Of a stretch of 64,000 nucleotides of DNA, positions 1 through 10,441 are shown one piece after another. The notes beneath the pieces are model-generated. The model saw only the letters and a program-made list of their open reading frames with translations. It did not search any database and was not told where the DNA came from. Numbering within the stretch: position 1 is the first letter of the stretch; every line of letters begins with the position of its first letter. This stretch comes from an uncultured virus (IMG/VR IMGVR_UViG_3300019373_000270) (lineage: Duplodnaviria > Heunggongvirae > Uroviricota > Caudoviricetes), in IMG/VR virus record IMGVR_UViG_3300019373_000270, one strand, 5' to 3'. Made by a program: the position numbers and the translations under genes.

Positions 1-177
1 TATTAAAGATGCCTCGACAGTTTGGGGCAAAGTTGGATATTCTGTTTGTGGCTATCATTTTTGCCCTGAATGTGATTATTGCCTATTGCCCTGAAAGAGA
101 ATAGGAAGGATGGTCGAAAGATATAGAGAAACTTTTGATTTTGAGGCAAAGGCAAAAATGCTATCCAATTTAACTGA

Positions 178-891
178 TCAAATAATTTTTGATGCAAACC
201 ACATTTTATCGTTGGTAATTAAACTCAAAAGTTCGATGAATTTTTCTATCGTCGTTTGATTGTTATATTCGGAGTATTGAAATCGAACCTGCAAAATTTC
301 TACTTCGCCGGATTCTACATTTCTTTGTTCAATAACAGAAACTACTTTAACTCCCAGATACTTATTCCGGATATTATCATAAATGGAAATATATCTATCA
401 TCAACCATTAAATGTTGACTGTAGGAGCAAGGGCTTTCATGTGTATCAACAAAGATCTTGTCATCGGGATTCCCTTGTAAATGAAAATGCTTTTGTTGAG
501 CATTATTATCATTGTTGTAAAAAGATAAAGTCCCGGCTGAATTTGCTGAGCATATCTTATAATATATGACATTAGAATCGTTGCTGTGTACAAACTGCAT
601 TTTTTTAGCTTCTTGTAAAAAATCCGGCAAACAAAAAGTTATAATACCACTATGTACGTTATCGGAATGGTCGCTGACAGAAACATCCACAAGATACTTT
701 TGAGATAGTTCGCATTTATAATGATTAGTAAATAGCGGAAAAGAATAAGGATTTATTTCACTTGCCATGGACGAGAAAACAGAACACCCAATAGCAGGAT
801 TTTGTGCTTTTATTAGTATGGTGATGCGGTTTTCCAGTTCAGCCCATTTTCCCAGTTTGCCTGCGGGAGAAAATCTAAAATTGTACGCCAT
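178..891 (-). CDS. hypothetical protein
   Basis: 237-aa ORF with upstream AAGGT; no motif recognised. Confidence 0.6.
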   Translation of the reverse strand: MAYNFRFSPAGKLGKWAELENRITILIKAQNPAIGCSVFSSMASEINPYSFPLFTNHYKCELSQKYLVDVSVSDHSDNVHSGIITFCLPDFLQEAKKMQFVHSNDSNVIYYKICSANSAGTLSFYNNDNNAQQKHFHLQGNPDDKIFVDTHESPCSYSQHLMVDDRYISIYDNIRNKYLGVKVVSVIEQRNVESGEVEILQVRFQYSEYNNQTTIEKFIELLSLITNDKMWFASKII

Positions 892-1066
892 TATAATACC
901 TTCTTTTTACATTTTTACTGAACCATGTGGAGTCTGCTTTTTTTCATCTATATAATTATACTAGATTATTTACTTTTAACGAAATACTATTGATTTTTAT
1001 TTCAGTGAATTTTCTGCTATTATAATTATACGTTCAAAAAAATGAAAAAATCGAAAGGAATGGTTC

Positions 1067-3001
1067 ATGATGAACAAACAAATCAACAAACTTTTAGCAG
1101 AAATCCTATCTCTATCAGTCATATTTTCAATGGGAGTAACAGCATCAGCTGAGAATGCGGAAGCAAAATCTCTGTATTCCGAAACGACCGGCATTTATGC
1201 TTCGACTTCTTCTGAAAAGATAGCGATCAGCGACATCTACCTTATGGACACTGAAGATATGAGTTTTAGTTCCATGTATAATCCGGCTACACTTAGAAAC
1301 AATTCTCCTGAATACTGTGGACTGAGAGTGAATCTGACTAAGCAGGCGGATATAACACTTAGCATGACAGCTACCTCAAAAAAAGTAGCGCTGCTTTTTG
1401 TTGATTCAAACGGAAATATTAAAGGGAGATACGATTATACAGGAAAAACTGATGAAACAGGACAGATAAAACTCACGAATGTTTCCTCCGGAACTTATTA
1501 TTGTGTAATACACAATAAAGGTGTAACATCAGATACGACTATCTCTGAGCTGAATATCAGATCCTCCGTTATTTATGACATAACAGATACTAACATGTTA
1601 AAAGCCACAGCCGACTTTTCTAAAAATCCGGCTGTTCCGGAATACATATTCAAATATAACGGAATAGAACTTAAAGAAAACATCGACTATAAGGTTATCA
1701 AAACGTCCGGCAGCAGCAAAAAATATTCAGGAGGAACAGAATACTCTTTTACTGTCGAGATACAGGGAATGGGCAACTATGTAGGAAAAACGACTCGTAT
1801 ATTTACGAATTCCGTAGATGATATAAATAATAAGATCGATTTTACAGAATGCGATATCAGTGAGCCAACTTTTAAAGGCGAGGACCCTGTTTTTACCGTA
1901 AAATACAAAGAAAAAACGCTGACTGAGAATAAGGACTATAAGGTAACGATAAAAACATCGGATGTAACAAAGGCGGGCATTACTTACAGAAGTTACGACT
2001 GCATGTTCATCGGTTTGGGAGATTATGCGGGGAGTTTTTCGTATAAGATCGATAATCATAAAATATCTGATACGACCAAAAAGAGTATAGCTGCATGCAG
2101 TATTACGCCTGTATTTTCGGACGGAGAGTTTGTGAAACTCATAGTCATTGATAATGGGAAAACACTGGTACAAAACACTGATTACACATATACGGTTACT
2201 AAAACCGGCGAAACAGAAAAAGATGGTGTTACTACGGTAAGCTATGAAATAACAGTGTACGGTATCGGCGCGTACATCAGTTCTTGCACAGCAACAGGCA
2301 CTACACAGAAAAACAATAAAATCGTTCTGAATTTCAGTGACTATGCCGTAGGCGACAAGGAGTATACAGGAAGACAGATCACTCCGGACCCTATTTTTAT
2401 AATAAAGGATAAAAACGGAAAAGAGACAACTCTAAAGAAAGATGTAGATTATACTATATCATACGGAGCCAATACAGCGATAGGTTTCCTCGCAGGTAAT
2501 TTTACTGTTACAGGTATTGGAAAGTATACAGGGACCACTTATGTGAGATTCAGTATCGTGCCTGCCAAAATATCTGAAATAAAAGGCGATAATATCGAGG
2601 TTGCTTACACAGGAAAAGCAGTTACACCGTTTAATGATAAGATCCGCCTTTCTGATGGACGAGCTGTTCTGTATGGGGTGGATTATACAGTAGAATATAC
2701 TAATAATATAAACATAGGAACAGCAACAGCAGTGATAAATTTCAAAGGAAACTATCAAGGAAGTGTCACTAAGAAATTCAATATAGTTGACGGCAAAACG
2801 ATACTGCGAGGCGACGTTAACGGCGACGGTGAAGTTAATGTAACCGATGTCGTTTTAGTGGCAGCTAATGTAAAAAACATAAAGGCACTGGACAGCGCTT
2901 CACAAAAGCGAGCAGATGTAAACTATGATGGAGATATAAATGTAACGGATATTATAAAGATAGCAGCACATGTTAAGGGTTTAAAATCCCTTAATAGCTA
3001 A
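1067..3001 (+). CDS. secreted protein with repeated Ig/MBG-like modules and C-terminal type I dockerin
   Basis: Signal peptide (TASA-E); repeated DYxVxY...G.G.Y.G modules; duplicated Ca loops GDVNGDGEVNVTD and ADVNYDGDINVTD...AAHVKG. Confidence 0.85.
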   Translation: MMNKQINKLLAEILSLSVIFSMGVTASAENAEAKSLYSETTGIYASTSSEKIAISDIYLMDTEDMSFSSMYNPATLRNNSPEYCGLRVNLTKQADITLSMTATSKKVALLFVDSNGNIKGRYDYTGKTDETGQIKLTNVSSGTYYCVIHNKGVTSDTTISELNIRSSVIYDITDTNMLKATADFSKNPAVPEYIFKYNGIELKENIDYKVIKTSGSSKKYSGGTEYSFTVEIQGMGNYVGKTTRIFTNSVDDINNKIDFTECDISEPTFKGEDPVFTVKYKEKTLTENKDYKVTIKTSDVTKAGITYRSYDCMFIGLGDYAGSFSYKIDNHKISDTTKKSIAACSITPVFSDGEFVKLIVIDNGKTLVQNTDYTYTVTKTGETEKDGVTTVSYEITVYGIGAYISSCTATGTTQKNNKIVLNFSDYAVGDKEYTGRQITPDPIFIIKDKNGKETTLKKDVDYTISYGANTAIGFLAGNFTVTGIGKYTGTTYVRFSIVPAKISEIKGDNIEVAYTGKAVTPFNDKIRLSDGRAVLYGVDYTVEYTNNINIGTATAVINFKGNYQGSVTKKFNIVDGKTILRGDVNGDGEVNVTDVVLVAANVKNIKALDSASQKRADVNYDGDINVTDIIKIAAHVKGLKSLNS

Positions 3002-3035
3002 GCAGAACATAGAAATATTTCGTGAGACAAATAAT

Positions 3036-3071
3036 AAATGCACCTTTGTTTATAAAACAGAGGTGCATTTT
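3036..3071. terminator. bidirectional intrinsic terminator
   Basis: AAATGCACCT...AGGTGCATTT inverted repeat between convergent genes. Confidence 0.75.
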
Positions 3072-3077
3072 GTAATT

Positions 3078-3485
3078 TTATGAGTTCTGAACGTACCAAT
3101 TATCAAGTTCTAATCCTTCGACTCTTTTGAATTCTCTGGTATTATTTGTAACTACGATCAAACCTTCTGATTTCGCATGAGCAGAGATCAGCATATCCAT
3201 AGTCCCTATCGGCGTACCTTTTTTTCTTAAATCGGCACAAATTTTCCCATACTCAATAGCAGCACCGTCATCAAAGGGAAGCACATCAACTATCGTTAAA
3301 AACTTAGCAAGAGCGATCGTGTTCTTGTTGACATTCACACTTGCCTGTACACCATATTCCAGCTCTGCTAAAGTTATAGATGAAATGCATAATCCTTCCT
3401 GCCAGTGTTCTTTGATTGCATTTATAACATTTGTATTGTTTTTTTGAGCATATATACACATGTTAGTATCCAGCATATATCTCAT
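3078..3485 (-). CDS. vapC: VapC PIN-domain toxin
   Basis: YMLDTN, ISSITLAELEYG, IGTMDMLISAHA and VTNNTREF PIN motifs. Confidence 0.95.
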   Translation of the reverse strand: MRYMLDTNMCIYAQKNNTNVINAIKEHWQEGLCISSITLAELEYGVQASVNVNKNTIALAKFLTIVDVLPFDDGAAIEYGKICADLRKKGTPIGTMDMLISAHAKSEGLIVVTNNTREFKRVEGLELDNWYVQNS

Positions 3486-3718
3486 AATTTTTCTCTCTCA
3501 CTTTCTATTTCTTTGGGCCTTGAGTCAAGCGCTTCAAAATAATCATTTGTAAATTCACTTAAACTCTCAAGAAATGTCGAAAGAGCCTTATCTTTAGGTA
3601 CTAACATTACGCTATCGCCAATTTTGTGTACATACACTTCCGAACCATCGAATCGCATTTCTTTCGGTAAACGGACTGCCTGACTGTTTCCATTTGAAAA
3701 TAATCTTGCTGTCATCAT
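3482..3718 (-). CDS. vapB: VapB/VagC AbrB-type antitoxin
   Basis: LFSNGNSQAVRLPKEMRF; 4-nt overlap with vapC; GGAGGTG RBS. Confidence 0.92.
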   Translation of the reverse strand: MMTARLFSNGNSQAVRLPKEMRFDGSEVYVHKIGDSVMLVPKDKALSTFLESLSEFTNDYFEALDSRPKEIESEREKL

Positions 3719-3738
3719 TACGATCACCTCCTGATATT

Positions 3739-3767
3739 AGTATATACCATAGTATATATTTTGTCAA
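3739..3767 (-). promoter_or_regulatory. canonical sigmaA promoter of vapBC with overlapping palindromic operator
   Basis: TTGACA-17-TATACT on - strand; TATATAC-N4-GTATATA palindrome at 3741-3758. Confidence 0.8.
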
Positions 3768-3899
3768 GCTGTATGAAGATTTTTTTGATATAAATTATCT
3801 TCTAATAGGTAAACGCATTTTTAATTATATATAATTTTTTTGGAATGTAATTTTCTCGTATAATTATACTACAAATAAAAAAAAGAGGGGAATTTTTTT

Positions 3900-4739
3900 A
3901 TGAAGAAAACTTTTTTATATATTACTGCAATGATCATCATAGTTTTTACCTGCATCATCACAGTTTCAGCATCAGAAATTGAACAGCTTGAATTTAACGA
4001 TGAACCTTATGTAATAGTAAATAATAACATTCCGTATTTTTCTGATGAAGAAAAGACAAATGTTTTTCCTTATGAAAAATACGGAGATCTTGATAAACTC
4101 GGAAGATGCACAATCGCTGAGGCTTGTATCGGAAAAGAACTTATGCCTACAGAAGAAAGAGGAAAAATCGGGTACATTAAACCTTCGGGATGGCATAGCG
4201 TAAAATACGATATTGTCGATGGAAAATATCTTTACAACCGATGTCACCTTATCGGATATCAGCTTACTGCAGAAAACGCGAATACAAATAATCTTATAAC
4301 AGGAACCAGGTTTCTTAACATCAACGGGATGCTTCCTTTCGAAAATATGGTTGCCGACTATATAACAGAAACTAATAATCATGTAATATACAGAGTTACA
4401 CCTGAATTTTGTGGAAATGACCTTCTGGCAAAAGGTGTTTTGATCGAAGCGTATTCTATCGAAGACCGGGGAGAAGGAATATGTTTCAATGTTTATTGTT
4501 TCAATGCTCAACCGGGTATTACGATAGACTATGCGACGGGGGAGAGCAGGCTTTATGATGAGAGTCAAACCGATAACTTTCAAAATGCCACAACTTCTGA
4601 ACTGCCGAATATTGAACTAAATGAAATTATACAAGAAAATCAGACTGATGATAACGAAGAACCGGCAGATGCGAAAATAAGTATCGTGATTTTGATAGTT
4701 CTAGTGATCATAATTCTTTCTAAAGCAAATAAAAAGTAA
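3900..4739 (+). CDS. secreted, membrane-anchored DNA/RNA non-specific endonuclease (EndA/streptodornase-like)
   Basis: Signal peptide; LDKLGR, PSGW, YNRCHLIG, NLITGTR and YRVTP motifs; C-terminal TM helix. Confidence 0.9.
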   Translation: MKKTFLYITAMIIIVFTCIITVSASEIEQLEFNDEPYVIVNNNIPYFSDEEKTNVFPYEKYGDLDKLGRCTIAEACIGKELMPTEERGKIGYIKPSGWHSVKYDIVDGKYLYNRCHLIGYQLTAENANTNNLITGTRFLNINGMLPFENMVADYITETNNHVIYRVTPEFCGNDLLAKGVLIEAYSIEDRGEGICFNVYCFNAQPGITIDYATGESRLYDESQTDNFQNATTSELPNIELNEIIQENQTDDNEEPADAKISIVILIVLVIIILSKANKK

Positions 4740-4765
4740 AACTCCTGTCTATCGGGAGTTTTTTT
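4738..4765 (+). terminator. intrinsic terminator
   Basis: AAAACTCCTG-TCTAT-CGGGAGTTTT plus U-tract. Confidence 0.75.
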
Positions 4766-4822
4766 ATTGGTTTGTATTTTCTTGTATAATCTTTTTAGGT
4801 TTATACTTATTGATAGTTGGAG
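4762..4822 (+). promoter_or_regulatory. element-type promoter plus leader box
   Basis: TTTTAT-17-TATAAT(4785); TGATAGTTGGAG at 4811. Confidence 0.7.
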
Positions 4823-4858
4823 TTATAAACTGAATATTTTTTTATGGAGGAATAAAAA

Positions 4859-5545
4859 ATGAGTACTATCGTAAAAGAAATTGAAAGAATCAAAGAAGAG
4901 TACATTCCCGGCACAAGGATCAAAATGATTCAGATGGAAGATAAGTATCATCCGGTACCGCCCGGAACACTCGGAACTGTAACCGATGTAGATGATGTAG
5001 GTACTATCCATACCAGATGGGATAACGGCAGCGGGCTTGGTGTTTGTCTGGAAGTAGACAAAATCGAGATAGTTGAAACCCCCTACGTCTCCAAACTGTT
5101 CAGAACAGGGGAGTTGATCAGCGATAAGCCTCTTAATGAGAATTCCGTTGGGATACCTGCCGGAACGGTTTTTGATGATGAATTTGACATCATTGAAAAT
5201 GATGAAGGAAAAGATTATGGCTATGGGGAGATAAACTTCGTTGAAGGTCAGTATCGTGCTGAATATTACAAGCATCGGCTGCCTGTTAAGCATTTTGACA
5301 CTTATGCTGAAGCAGTAGATGAGATAAGAGAGTGCAGCAACTATTCTGAAGGCGATAAAGAAACTCTGAAAGATGCTATTGATGAATATCTCGACTGGTG
5401 GATGTCTCCTATTTCTGTTAAAGATATGAAAATATCGAACATTCCTGTTTTTTCTCTGACAGATGAAGAAATCAAAAATCTTCTGGACAGAGGATTCAAT
5501 GGAAATAGAATTTTTATTAGGAGAAAAATGAATGAGAACTTTTGA
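4859..5545 (+). CDS. DUF4314-domain protein
   Basis: N-terminal YIPGTRIKMIQMEDKYHPVPPGTLGTVTDVDDVGTIHTRWDNGSGLG. Confidence 0.8.
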   Translation: MSTIVKEIERIKEEYIPGTRIKMIQMEDKYHPVPPGTLGTVTDVDDVGTIHTRWDNGSGLGVCLEVDKIEIVETPYVSKLFRTGELISDKPLNENSVGIPAGTVFDDEFDIIENDEGKDYGYGEINFVEGQYRAEYYKHRLPVKHFDTYAEAVDEIRECSNYSEGDKETLKDAIDEYLDWWMSPISVKDMKISNIPVFSLTDEEIKNLLDRGFNGNRIFIRRKMNENF

Positions 5546-5855
5546 AGAAATAAAATTGAAAGCCGATCAGATTTATCTTAGATGGCTTCTGAACGGTGCT
5601 CACGAAGCTGATGATGAACTGAATTCAGCTAACAGAGAACTTATAAGTGTATTCAAAGAAAAATATCCGGATGCTCTGGGGTACAAGATGTATAATGGGT
5701 TCATCGAGCTTTCTGAAAACACCGGTAATTTCGGAGTGGATTTCATCTTCAGAAAAAATGAAGAAATGATAAAAGAAATAGAAAAAGAAAACGACATTAT
5801 TAAAAAACTTGATATTTTTGAAAAACACAAAGCTATTGCAGTTATCTGGAGTTAA
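5532..5855 (+). CDS. hypothetical protein
   Basis: RBS; coupled to upstream gene. Confidence 0.7.
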   Translation: MRTFEEIKLKADQIYLRWLLNGAHEADDELNSANRELISVFKEKYPDALGYKMYNGFIELSENTGNFGVDFIFRKNEEMIKEIEKENDIIKKLDIFEKHKAIAVIWS

Positions 5856-5868
5856 GGAGGAATTATAA

Positions 5869-6084
5869 ATGGCACTAATTAAAGGAAGGATGATTTGCCC
5901 GAATTGCGGTGCAGATACAACATTTTTGACTTCGGCTCATGTGGCTCAGGAGTGGGTCGTGGATCCAAAAGGTAATTTTGTAAGCTGTTTCGATGATTGT
6001 CTCGAAGTGACAGCCGATCCGGAACCCGATAATATCTGGACCTGCAGAAAATGCGGAGCTGAGGCTGTTTATGAAAACGGTTGA
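5869..6084 (+). CDS. small zinc-ribbon protein
   Basis: CPNC...CRKC; AAGGAGG RBS. Confidence 0.75.
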   Translation: MALIKGRMICPNCGADTTFLTSAHVAQEWVVDPKGNFVSCFDDCLEVTADPEPDNIWTCRKCGAEAVYENG

Positions 6085-6436
6085 TTCAGCGAAAGGCTTA
6101 AAGGTTGGCGATACGGTCTACATTGTTCAAGAGAACTTTTATTACGAAAGAGGTATTGCAGGACCGAAACTGGAATACTGTGTGTATAGTTCGACGATAA
6201 AATGCTTTCGCAAAGGCAGCTATATAGATTTTATCGCTAAGATAGATGCTCCAATCAAGAATAACATTTATGATTGGAAATTATCAGACCTTGATAAACG
6301 CTATATATTCAGGAGTCGCAAAAATGCAGCCTTATTCGCAAAAGAACTTACTGAAAAATACGAGCGTTCAATTTTTTATGATCCTCAAAAGGACTTACCT
6401 CTGAGAAGATCATGGGAGTATTTTATAAACGAATAG
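6071..6436 (+). CDS. hypothetical protein
   Basis: Overlapping operonic ORF with GAGG RBS. Confidence 0.7.
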   Translation: MKTVDSAKGLKVGDTVYIVQENFYYERGIAGPKLEYCVYSSTIKCFRKGSYIDFIAKIDAPIKNNIYDWKLSDLDKRYIFRSRKNAALFAKELTEKYERSIFYDPQKDLPLRRSWEYFINE

Positions 6437-6448
6437 GAGAATTATAAG

Positions 6449-6730
6449 ATGAAAATTAAAGATGAAGCAATTATCAAAACGACAGAAGTTGTAGTATTTC
6501 GGTTTCGTGATGGACCGGGCTACTCAAAATTTGCAGAATATACCGCAGGAAAAGATCCGCATATTTTCGTATGTGATGACAAAAAATTCAAGATCATTAC
6601 AGACGTATATACCCGAGAAGAGGCTATAAGAATAGCAAAAACTGCACCGGGTCTTGCGGGTGTTTCAGCTGCGGAAATAAATAATACAGAACTTATATCC
6701 GAGAATATAATATGGTCATCTTTCAAGTAA
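6449..6730 (+). CDS. hypothetical protein
   Basis: AGGAG RBS. Confidence 0.7.
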   Translation: MKIKDEAIIKTTEVVVFRFRDGPGYSKFAEYTAGKDPHIFVCDDKKFKIITDVYTREEAIRIAKTAPGLAGVSAAEINNTELISENIIWSSFK

Positions 6731-6742
6731 AGGAGAATAAGA

Positions 6743-7255
6743 ATGAGTTATCATAGTTGGTCAGTAGATGGATACGGTTTTGATGTATCCAAAATAATAA
6801 ATAATCTCACTTGTGAAAAGTGGTCGCTGCTCAAAGCAGAACTTCGTCATTTCTGGGAGGAAACAACACCTTACAGCGATGAAAATTATCCTGAAGCGAA
6901 GGTGTTTTTCGATGCACCTGTCGATGCAGACTTTAAGAAAGAAATTGATAAAGCAAGAGAAACTTTTGATGAATATGAAAGTGCTAAATACTGTATATGC
7001 GGATTTGATCCTCTTGTTGCTGACATGTTTACATGGCTCTGGAAAAATAACGGACACGATGAGGTACTGATCACTATAGTCTCTGATGATTTCTATGACA
7101 GCCATGTATACTGGCTCATAAGTCCGGTATACGTCTGGACGAGCGTAGAAAAGTTCAGTTCTCAAGATGCATGCCGTGATGCCATAGTAAAATCAATGAA
7201 GGGATTTGTAACAGAAGACGCTATCGATTTTGAGGAAATTGAACAGGGAGGATAA
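6743..7255 (+). CDS. hypothetical acidic protein
   Basis: AAGGAG RBS; followed by terminator at 7268-7296. Confidence 0.75.
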   Translation: MSYHSWSVDGYGFDVSKIINNLTCEKWSLLKAELRHFWEETTPYSDENYPEAKVFFDAPVDADFKKEIDKARETFDEYESAKYCICGFDPLVADMFTWLWKNNGHDEVLITIVSDDFYDSHVYWLISPVYVWTSVEKFSSQDACRDAIVKSMKGFVTEDAIDFEEIEQGG

Positions 7256-7358
7256 ATATTCAGTGTAAACTGCTGCATCATGCAGCAGTTTTTTTTATAT
7301 AATTTTTTGGATCAAGTAAAATCTGTTATAATAATATAAAAGAAATCAGGTGAATAAC

Positions 7359-8318
7359 ATGACCCAATACATTATTAGAAATAAAACATTAGAAAAATGT
7401 TTATTAAACAAACCGGTGATCGATCTTTCTCTATATACCGAAATAAAATATATATCTGAAAACGCTTTTGAAAAGTGTACTGAAGTCAGTAAAATAATAC
7501 TTCCAAAATCAGTTCGGAAAATAAACGATATGACTTTTTCTAACTGTCGCAGCCTTGAATCAGTAGATATTCCTTCTTCAGCAAAAATAGAAGGCAACCC
7601 CTTTTTAAATACGCCTTTATATAAAAAAACAATGAGGTCAAAGGGATATTTTATAATAAATCATACCCTGATAAATAAAGCTACTGATGATATAGATCCT
7701 AGTGAATTCAATATGTTACGGAGAATAAACTGGTCTGCATATAATTCAGACCAAAAACTTAGAGAACTAAACTTAAGTCAGGCAGTTGATCTCGAATACA
7801 TCGAACCGTATTCATTTTATCAGTGCAGCTCTCTGAGTGCTGTTGTTTTTTCTTCCGAATGTCCATTAAAAACAATAGGAAAACAAACGTTTGCTTTTTG
7901 CGGTAATTTATATCATGTAGACTTACCTGCCTCTATCGAAGACATCAATAAGCAGGCGTTTGCAAAAACAAAATGGCTGGAAAAGCAAATGGATAGAAAT
8001 GGAAATTTGATTTATAATAATATTCTTATTTCAAAGAATGCTATTTCACAACGAGAGTACGTCTTACCTGATACTATCAAATACATCGGTTCGGAGGCTC
8101 TTTCAAGGGAACCATTCAAAAAAGTTTATCTAAACGAAGGATTAAAGAAAATATTCAATAACGGTTTCGCTTATTGCAGCTCTCTGGAAGAAATATATTT
8201 TCCTGATTCAATAAAATACATCGGTATAGGCGCTTTTGAGGGGTGTCATAATCTTAAACTTGAAAATATTTCACTATCTTTTGATGTCATTCTTGATAAT
8301 AATTCATTTGATTTTTAA
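7359..8318 (+). CDS. BspA-type leucine-rich repeat (LRR_5) protein
   Basis: Repeated IxxxAFxxCxxLxxIxLPxSIxxI units; no signal peptide. Confidence 0.85.
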   Translation: MTQYIIRNKTLEKCLLNKPVIDLSLYTEIKYISENAFEKCTEVSKIILPKSVRKINDMTFSNCRSLESVDIPSSAKIEGNPFLNTPLYKKTMRSKGYFIINHTLINKATDDIDPSEFNMLRRINWSAYNSDQKLRELNLSQAVDLEYIEPYSFYQCSSLSAVVFSSECPLKTIGKQTFAFCGNLYHVDLPASIEDINKQAFAKTKWLEKQMDRNGNLIYNNILISKNAISQREYVLPDTIKYIGSEALSREPFKKVYLNEGLKKIFNNGFAYCSSLEEIYFPDSIKYIGIGAFEGCHNLKLENISLSFDVILDNNSFDF

Positions 8319-8471
8319 GAAGATGTTTACTTAAATTTTCATATATAGTATAAGTCTAAATTAATAATTAAATTGGAATTGTTATTTTTATTTTTAGAAA
8401 TTATCTACTATAATAGGAGTACGAAGCTTTCGTAACAACAAACAAATCAAAATTTGAAAGGAGAATTATTT

Positions 8472-8783
8472 ATGAACAATAATTCAATCGCAAAACTGAA
8501 GGTATCCAGAAACACAGATCCTAAGAACCTGGCGTCAGCAATCGTCAATTCTCTCACAAACAAAAGCGAAAGGGTTGAGATCACCGCAATCGGAGCAGCA
8601 GCGACTAATCAGGTAGCAAAAGCTATTGCAATAGCTCGTGGTATGACGATAACAAGAAATAAGGATATTGCTTGTAAAACATCATTCTCAAAATGCGAGC
8701 TTAATATAAAGGACGATGTTGCCGGAACAGACAAGTTAAAAGAAGTAACGGGCATTACGTTTACTTGCTTTTTTGACGACTAA
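8472..8783 (+). CDS. spoVS: stage V sporulation protein S family
   Basis: LKVSRNTDPKNLASAI...VEITAIGAAATNQVAKAIAIARG. Confidence 0.85.
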   Translation: MNNNSIAKLKVSRNTDPKNLASAIVNSLTNKSERVEITAIGAAATNQVAKAIAIARGMTITRNKDIACKTSFSKCELNIKDDVAGTDKLKEVTGITFTCFFDD

Positions 8784-8874
8784 TACAACGAAAAAACATC
8801 TTCTGGCTTCAGAGGATGTTTTTTGTTTTACTGAATTATCTGCTATTATTATAGTATAGAAAAGAGTTGATCTT

Positions 8875-9093
8875 ATGCAATACAAAGCTCACATAGTAAT
8901 AGGGATAGTGACTTCGATCACAGCGGGAATGATTTTCTTGTCAAAAGAAAATATTATCCCGTTGACAGCTGAACTGGCTTTATGCTCTATGTGCAGCTTG
9001 ATAACCTCTCAACTCCCTGATCTTGATTCTCCGACCAGTAACATATCTAACTATTTTCCGTATATGTCCGAATTGATTCGCAATCATATATAA
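8875..9093 (+). pseudogene. N-terminal fragment of a YdjM-like membrane metal-dependent hydrolase
   Basis: KAH...TM...SQLPDLDSPTS, ending before the expected HRxxTHS motif. Confidence 0.6.
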
Positions 9094-9149
9094 TTTTTAT
9101 TTTCTCTCAAAATCTTATATAATATAATAAAATATTGGAGGTAATCAAT

Positions 9150-9542
9150 ATGCTCATAAAAAAAGAACACATAAAAGATGCACTGTCTATTCTTCGTGAA
9201 AACGGAATGGATATCGAAAATGATCTGATCTCATTTTTGGAAGAAGTCGTCGGTATCAAATCAGATTATGCAGATCTTGCAAACATTACGGGAAGTGTAG
9301 CCACTGTCATTATAAATGACAGTGAATTGAAAAGACATCTGGAAAATTCAGATATTTCAGGTATTCAAAAGAACATTGACATACTCAAAGGTGAAATTGA
9401 TACGGATATTTTTGAGGAACATGCGGAAGAATACATATCTGAGGTCATTTCAGAATCTCACAGTATGTTCAGGAGCGAAAACAAGGATGATTATAATGAG
9501 GATGATCGTTCTGATAATAATTATTATGACGATTATAATTGA
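9150..9542 (+). CDS. hypothetical acidic protein
   Basis: GGAGGT RBS. Confidence 0.7.
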   Translation: MLIKKEHIKDALSILRENGMDIENDLISFLEEVVGIKSDYADLANITGSVATVIINDSELKRHLENSDISGIQKNIDILKGEIDTDIFEEHAEEYISEVISESHSMFRSENKDDYNEDDRSDNNYYDDYN

Positions 9543-9580
9543 TCGTCAAATATAAATAATAAATGAAAGGAATTGTTATT

Positions 9581-10270
9581 ATGGCTGACAAGAAGAACAG
9601 TGAAGAAAAAGAAAGAGCTTTTGGTGTTTGGAACGAGACAGGAAAGGAGATATCGTTTGCCAGAGTTTGGCGTGGACATAGATTTTCTGACAAGGAAGTA
9701 AAAGAACTGCTTGAAGGAAAAGACATAACCATCAACAATCTTACAGCAAAGGATAACTCTAAATATGGAGTTATCGGAGGATTGGCTGAACAGGAATATA
9801 ACGGTGTGAGATTTGTAGGTTTCGTCAGAAAGAGTTTTGTGGGAGAAAACAAGGAAAAGAAAGAAAAAGTTTCCGGAGTCTGGGCTGTGACAGGAGAAGA
9901 GATAACCTTTACAAGAGTTGCGTATGGTCACAGATTTACGGACGATGAAGTATCGAAACTTCTGAACGGTGAAACAATAAAGATCGATAACCTTGTATCC
10001 AGAGATAATACACTTTACTCGGTTAAAGGAAAACTGACAAATCAGGAGTATAACGGACATCCTTTTATAGGTTTCGAGAAGGAAGATTCCATTCCTGATT
10101 CATGGTGCAGTCACGTATTCACCGATGAAGAAAAAATGATACTTGAAGCCGGAGGTGAAGTTGAGATAACTGATGCAGTATCTAATAGAACCAAAAATAG
10201 CTTTGCGTGTACCGTTACATACGGAGAAAACGATAAAGGAAAAATGGCTATAATCACAAACTTCAATTAA
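9581..10270 (+). CDS. stand-alone protein made of topoisomerase III C-terminal-like repeats
   Basis: Three internal repeats: RVWRGHRFSDKEVKELLEG, RVAYGHRFTDDEVSKLLNG, SWCSHVFTDEEKMILEAG. Confidence 0.65.
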   Translation: MADKKNSEEKERAFGVWNETGKEISFARVWRGHRFSDKEVKELLEGKDITINNLTAKDNSKYGVIGGLAEQEYNGVRFVGFVRKSFVGENKEKKEKVSGVWAVTGEEITFTRVAYGHRFTDDEVSKLLNGETIKIDNLVSRDNTLYSVKGKLTNQEYNGHPFIGFEKEDSIPDSWCSHVFTDEEKMILEAGGEVEITDAVSNRTKNSFACTVTYGENDKGKMAIITNFN

Positions 10271-10306
10271 AGTACACTTTAACGCCTGATATAAACTATC
10301 GGGCGT

Positions 10307-10367
10307 TTTTGTTTATAATGATTATCTGTTATAATTATTTTAAGTGTTTGATATTGATAATTCGGAG
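10307..10367 (+). promoter_or_regulatory. element-type promoter plus leader box
   Basis: TTTTGT-17-TATAAT(10330); TGATAATTCGGAG at 10355; terminator at 10281-10310. Confidence 0.7.
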
Positions 10368-10441
10368 AGTTTCTTGTAAACTGAATTCGTATTATTGGTG
10401 ATCAGATATTTGAAATAATGATTAATAACGGAGGAATAATT

